64,000 bases of DNA, taken from Octopus vulgaris. Lineage: Eukaryota. Of the stretch, positions 57,873 through 64,000 are shown one piece after another (position 1 is the stretch's first letter; the number at the start of each line of letters is the position of its first letter). The stretch is from the NCBI GenBank assembly GCA_951406725.2, contig OX597819.1, forward strand, positions 11,532,001 to 11,596,000, given 5' to 3'. The notes under the pieces are model-generated. The model was not told the DNA's origin, ran no database searches, and worked only from the letters and a program-made list of their open reading frames with translations. A program made the translations under genes and the position numbers.

Positions 57873-58619
57873 GCATACATACATACATATATAAAAATAC
57901 ACAAACACGCACACAAACACACATACACACACACACATATACAGACACAACACCAGCAACATATGTATAAGCTACCCTCGACCTGCACCCAAACAACAAC
58001 ATACCTCATGCTACCCGCCACCGCCACCGCCGCACAGACAAACACTCAGACGAAAGAAAATGTCAAGTCATAGCCGAATGCCATTGGTTCCTTTAAAGTA
58101 GACACGGTTCTCTGTGAAATAAGAAAAGAATTTCACGGTGAAAGGTGACAAGGTGGGTAATGAGTTGGTGGCGACGGGGGTGGGGGTTGTTTAGTAATGT
58201 CGTGCTGGTGGTGGTGGTGGTGGTGGATACGGTCGCGGGAGCTGCCGGAGTCATAGTAGTGTGACTAATTGGTGGATATCGTTAGTGTCGGGTGGAGCGA
58301 ATAGATAGGTGGATAAATACTCAAAACAACTTAGATAGATAGATAGATAGATAGATAGAGAGAGAGAGCGAGAGAGAGAGAGAGAGAGAGAGAGAACAGA
58401 TAAATAAAGTGGGAAGCGTTTAGGAGGAGCGGTTGGGTGTAAGTACTGCAGCAATAACGTCGAGGTGGAAGGGGAAGTCCAACACTATTGTGTAATATAT
58501 TTAGATCAACGAGTCACGACTGACGCATACTCTACCATCCAACCAAATTTATCCCTAAGGGAACTACTACACAGTCGTTCTGCTTGCTAGAAATAGCACC
58601 CTAGCCAATTTACAAAAGA

Positions 58620-58822
58620 AAAACACATACGTAAAAACAAACGACGAAGACAGGTGTAAACAACAAACAGCTGTATTAATTTAACGTTCAGGAAAAATGG
58701 AAAAGTCTTTTACGTTTCGAGCTTATGCTCTTCAGCAGAAAGGAATGAGAGGAAAAAATGGAGGGAACGGAAAAAACGGGGGAAGAAAAGTTGTGTAGAA
58801 TTCAGCGGTCCAGCATGGCAGG
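58620..58822 (-). mobile_element. Family H1 element with minimal hammerhead (58706-58742)
   Basis: cttt-CTGCTGA-A-GAGC ataa GCTC-GAAA-CGTA-aaag. Confidence 0.7.
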
Positions 58823-58867
<45 letters not shown>

Positions 58868-58904
58868 CACGTCTTGTGTCCATCTTCCACGTTCCTGCCT
58901 TTAG

Positions 58905-59276
58905 ACTTTCATTCCATACACGCCAGCTCAGTCTGAATCGTTCTCAGTCGAAAGACGCCTGTTGTTATTTCTTCTTTGTATTCGTAATTTTGTACCATGT
59001 TCTTCGTTTTTTTTTTGTCTTTGTTGCCGCACACATTCGCTAGCTTTCTTACAAAAGGATCTAATGCTCTTAGCTTAGACTTTTTGGGGGACAACATGAT
59101 CGAACCATCTCAAGTGTAACTCTCCGAAATGGTTGTGACTTCTGGTGCTTGACTGATGAAAGAAAGCCAAGAATGACCCGTCTTTTTTGCCTGTCCTAAT
59201 TATTGTTTCTCTTGTCCACCTTTGTGTCGTCTATCTGTCCGAACATTTTAATGCCCTCTATTGCGTTTTTGTTCCA

Positions 59277-59280
<4 letters not shown>
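58905..59280 (+). mobile_element. Family H2 element
   Basis: Homologous to 54370-54720; contains CCGAAA..TTGACTGATGA. Confidence 0.65.
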
Positions 59281-59347
<67 letters not shown>

Positions 59348-59401
59348 ATATATATATATGTATGTGTGTTTATTATATATATATATCCCTGCTGTACCCT
59401 T

Positions 59402-59436
<35 letters not shown>

Positions 59437-59516
59437 ATATATGTATTATATATATATATAGATATATATATATATATATATATGCCTGTATGTATATATA
59501 TATATATATGTATATA

Positions 59517-59612
<96 letters not shown>

Positions 59613-59640
59613 TATATACATACATACATACATACATACA

Positions 59641-59709
<69 letters not shown>

Positions 59710-60010
59710 GGAAACGTTTAGAATATGCGTATAAAAGCTCTTATTGTATTATTCCGACTACAGCCCAATGATGCCAATTAGCGATACCAGCTTTTGGGGG
59801 TCGCACTGAACTGTGCTGATATTATGTAGGGTAAGTATAGAGCTAAGAAATGAATGCATGGACATGATCTACCTGATGTTCATGGATACTACTGACTGCA
59901 CTTAACCATCCCAGGATTCTTTAAAATCATATGATTTGTGGAAACACGCGTAGCAATGCATTAAAATATTCATAAATTCAATCCAAGGATTATTATTATT
60001 ATTATTATTA

Positions 60011-60452
60011 TCTTTTTTTTCTTCTTCTTTCAAATTTGCTGCCATTTCTTGCCGAGTGTCTTCCCGACTCCTAGGGCAAAGAAACTCATAGTTTACATTG
60101 GTAGGCCATTAAACTAAACTCACTAGTTCGTTCATTTTTTTAAGTTAAATTAAAATACATGGGTAGTAATAGTTCTCACATCGACAATGCTCTTCTCAAT
60201 ACGTGTGATGTACCAGTTAAGACAATCTTTTGCACTTCTTGCAGGGATGGTAAGCCAGGGATCATTCTCATATAATTTTCGGTTCCCTTCTTGATCATTC
60301 ATAGTGCTCCTACGATCACTGGTATTGTAACCGCCTTGAGATGCCACATTTTCTCAATTTCAATGAGCTGGTCTTTATATTTTCTGAGCTTGTCAAACTC
60401 TTTCGCCGAGATATTATGATCACAGGGGATGCTCATGTCGATCAATAAGCAA
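60011..60452 (-). mobile_element. R4/Dong-like non-LTR retrotransposon 3' end (RLE endonuclease)
   Basis: LLIDMSIPCDHNISAKEFDKLRKYKD.LIEIEKMWHLKAVTIPVIVGAL*..EVQKIVLTGTSHVLRR; flanked on both sides by (TAA)n. Confidence 0.85.
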
Positions 60453-60543
<91 letters not shown>

Positions 60544-60544
60544 T

Positions 60545-60739
60545 CACCATGCTGGTCCGCTGAAATCTACAATCTTTTTTAATTATCTCTCTCTGTATAT
60601 TTTCTCTTATTTTTTTTTCTGTCGAAGAGCGTAGGCTCGAAATGTTAAAGACTTTTTCATTATCCGCGAGCGTCAGACTAATACACTTATTGTTGTTCAT
60701 ACACGTGTCTTCGTCTTCCGTTTTTCTGTAAATTTCAAC

Positions 60740-60742
<3 letters not shown>
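60545..60742 (+). mobile_element. Family H1 element with decayed hammerhead (60615-60651)
   Basis: ttt-CTGTCGA-A-GAGC gtag GCTC-GAAA-TGTT-aaag. Confidence 0.7.
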
Positions 60743-60816
<74 letters not shown>

Positions 60817-61383
60817 TTGTATGTATGTGTATATGCATACTGAGATCGATTCGTTCAACTCCAGTTTTTCAAGGCCGTGCACCAGTATGGTCGCAATCTA
60901 AACAACGAAACGAATGAAAGATAAAGTATTAAAGATGAATATACACATGCATACATGCATACACACATGTAGTATGTATGTGTGTGTGTATGTATGTATA
61001 CACATATATATATATATATATATATGTGCACATACATATATACATTTATATATACATGTATATATATAGGCGCTGATGTGGCTGTGTAGTAAGAAAGCTA
61101 GCTTCCCAACCACGTGCTTCCAGGCTTACATTTGTTTCAGAGATTCATTTGAGAGTGTTCATGATTCAATTTTATCGTTCTCTCTTACACCAAGAAATCT
61201 CAATTTGAGCGGTAGGAGTGAATATAATTCTGAGAAATACGTATTCTTCACGCCCTAAAGACTTAACCCACCACGCCTTATAGACTTATTCCTCACGCCT
61301 GTGATACTTAATCCTCACGCCCAAAAGACAAGGCGAAGATTCTCACACACACACATATATATGTGTGTGTGTGTGTGTGTATG

Positions 61384-61441
<58 letters not shown>

Positions 61442-61739
61442 CGTGCGTGTGTGTGTGTGTGTGTGTGTGTCTATATATATATGTGTGTATATGTGTGTGT
61501 GTATACTGTTTACACACTAATATTTATATCTCTATCTACTTCGAGTTCTCCCATATATATATTGGAGTTGTACTTGCTTTGCAAGTGAGTTGATGTGAGA
61601 GCGTACACTGAGACCGTCAGAATTAAACATGAGTCATACCAGTGATTTAACCGCACATAAACATTTTTACTAGTCTAGTCTACCACCAACTCTACTACGA
61701 AGTATCGGCAAATTTTGTCTCACTTATGCTGAAAATTAA

Positions 61740-61945
61740 GGGCGGTGAGTTGGCAGAAGCATTAGCACGCCGGGCGAAATGCTTGGTGGTATTTCGTCTG
61801 CCGTTACGTTCTGAGTTCATATTCCCCCGAGGTCGACTTTGCCTTTCATCCTTTCGGGGTTGATAAATTAAGTACCAGTTGCGTACTGGAGTCGATCTAA
61901 TCGACTGGCTCATTCCCCCAAAATCTCGGGCATTGTGCCTAGAAG
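61740..61945 (+). mobile_element. SINE family B
   Basis: Match to family B. Confidence 0.85.
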
Positions 61946-62104
61946 AATTTTAAATCCAGTCCTTCTTTCATTTCCTTCTCTATATCGGATATTGTTGTAC
62001 ATCGCTGGTCACAATGCGCTTTAGCTTTCGAATGATGCCGCCACACTGGGTTTGTAAAAGATGGATGTTGTGTGGTGAAGTTATCAAAGAAAACAGAAGG
62101 AAAC

Positions 62105-62436
<332 letters not shown>

Positions 62437-62654
62437 CAGTAACAGGATCCATTAGAATCAAGGTATATCAACAAGTAGGACGCCTGAAATGGCTAGGTAC
62501 TTAACATAGAGCTCACAGTACGTTAAAGCAATTCATAGTTGCATTTGTTGGTAGTAGTCTGTAAGTATATACATACACACTCTCTCTCTCTCTCACACAC
62601 ACACATCTATCTATTTATCTATCTATCTATCTATTTATCTACCTATCTCTATTT

Positions 62655-62691
<37 letters not shown>

Positions 62692-63225
62692 CATACATAT
62701 ATACATACATACATACATACATACATGCATCTATTTATCTATCTATATATACACACACGCACACACACAATCATATACATATACTCGTAGGTGCCATTGT
62801 TTCACCATGTTGGTAAACTGGTCATCTGCTGTTTCTACCTTACATTACCTTGTTTATGTGCTTAATATTTACCAGATGATGAAACTAATATCGAAGATGG
62901 TCGATGTAACATTCAATGCAGAGTGGAGTAAAAGCGATCTGCTACAAGCTGAGAGAAGTTGTATGGGTACAGTCGTTAGAATAACGACTGTCTGTAGTGG
63001 AGTGGAATCGGTGAGCGAGTAAAAATTTGAGCATCACAGCAACTACGAGGCGAAGTTTGGTTATTATGGTCCATTGTTGTAGCTGTAGCCATTCCAGGAA
63101 AATAGCAATGGAACTCTCTGGAAAAAAGTGGATCAGTTAAAAATTAAGTCGAGTAATGCGGGGTGAAGCCGTGTCGAAAGACTAGATTCGAGTTGCAATG
63201 CAATAGTTTATAAAAGGAACTGTGG

Positions 63226-63720
63226 AGGGATCGTAGAGATTCGAAACCAACAATATCAATACCAACAATACGAACGAATATAACTGTAACAGTTATTACA
63301 GCGGGGAAGGGGTCCTGAATGGGGTTGCTTGAACTACAAGACATAGCAGCCAAATTTCTCTTCAATTACACACCGTAATGTCTTGAGAATAGGGATCGTA
63401 GAGATTCGAAACCAACAATATCAATACCAAGAATACGAACGAATATAACTGTAACAGTTATTACAGCGGGGAAGGGGTCCTCAATGGGGTTGCTTGAACT
63501 ACAAGACATAGCAGCCAAATTTCTCTTCAATTACACACCGTAATGTCTTGAGAATAGGGATCGTAGAGATTCGAAACCAACAATATCAATACCAAGAATA
63601 CGAACGAATATAACTGTAACAGTTATTACAGCGGGGAAGGGGTCCTGAATGGGGTTGCTTGAACTACAAGACATAGAAGCCAAATTTCTCTTCAATTACA
63701 CACCGTAATGTCTTGAGAAT
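63226..63720. repeat. Tandem repeat, 165 bp x 3, near identical
   Basis: AGGGATCGTAGAGATTCGAAACC starts at 63226, 63391 and 63556. Confidence 0.95.
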
Positions 63721-64000
63721 AGATAAGAAACTTTGAAATATTGCAGCCGTAATTACGCTGTAAATGAAAGCAAAACTGGATGGTCACAACTGGATAATAA
63801 TTTATTTATAGCCTTTTTTATCGTTCTGGGGCTAAACAAAAATACCATCATCAGAATAAAAAAAGCGTCCAGTATAACAACAACAATGAGAACGTAAATA
63901 AAATAATATAACCGATGATATCAACAACGATAACAACAGCAACAAGACGAGTTAATGCAACATCGACAACAACAGCAGCGGCAAGACAATAATGCATGAA

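Overview
This is AT-rich, microsatellite-saturated eukaryotic non-coding DNA. The repeat repertoire looks like an octopus (cephalopod) genome; that assignment is an inference from the SINE families and is not proven here. I found no intact host protein-coding gene, and almost all listed ORFs are artefacts of (TA)n, (CA)n, (TATG)n or (GATA)n tracts. Recognisable content: two very abundant tRNA-derived SINE families (more than 20 copies) plus RTE-tailed SINEs; four Helitron derivatives, one with a PIF1 helicase fragment; two TIR-bounded decayed mariners and one mariner fragment; two Tigger/pogo-like MITEs; RTE LINE relics, one with a twin-priming-type 5' inversion; a Tx1/L1-like 3' end; and an R4/Dong-like RLE fragment inside (TAA)n. 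The most striking signal is a set of unrelated short elements, mostly embedded in (TA)n tracts, that carry type-I hammerhead ribozyme (HHR) folds with a palindromic stem III. There are about 10 such motifs from at least 6 families. Several sit in long fold-back inverted repeats, and one is fused to a tRNA-like Pol III head. This looks like a diverse Penelope-derived, retrozyme-like system. Coordinates were read by eye and may be off by a few bases.
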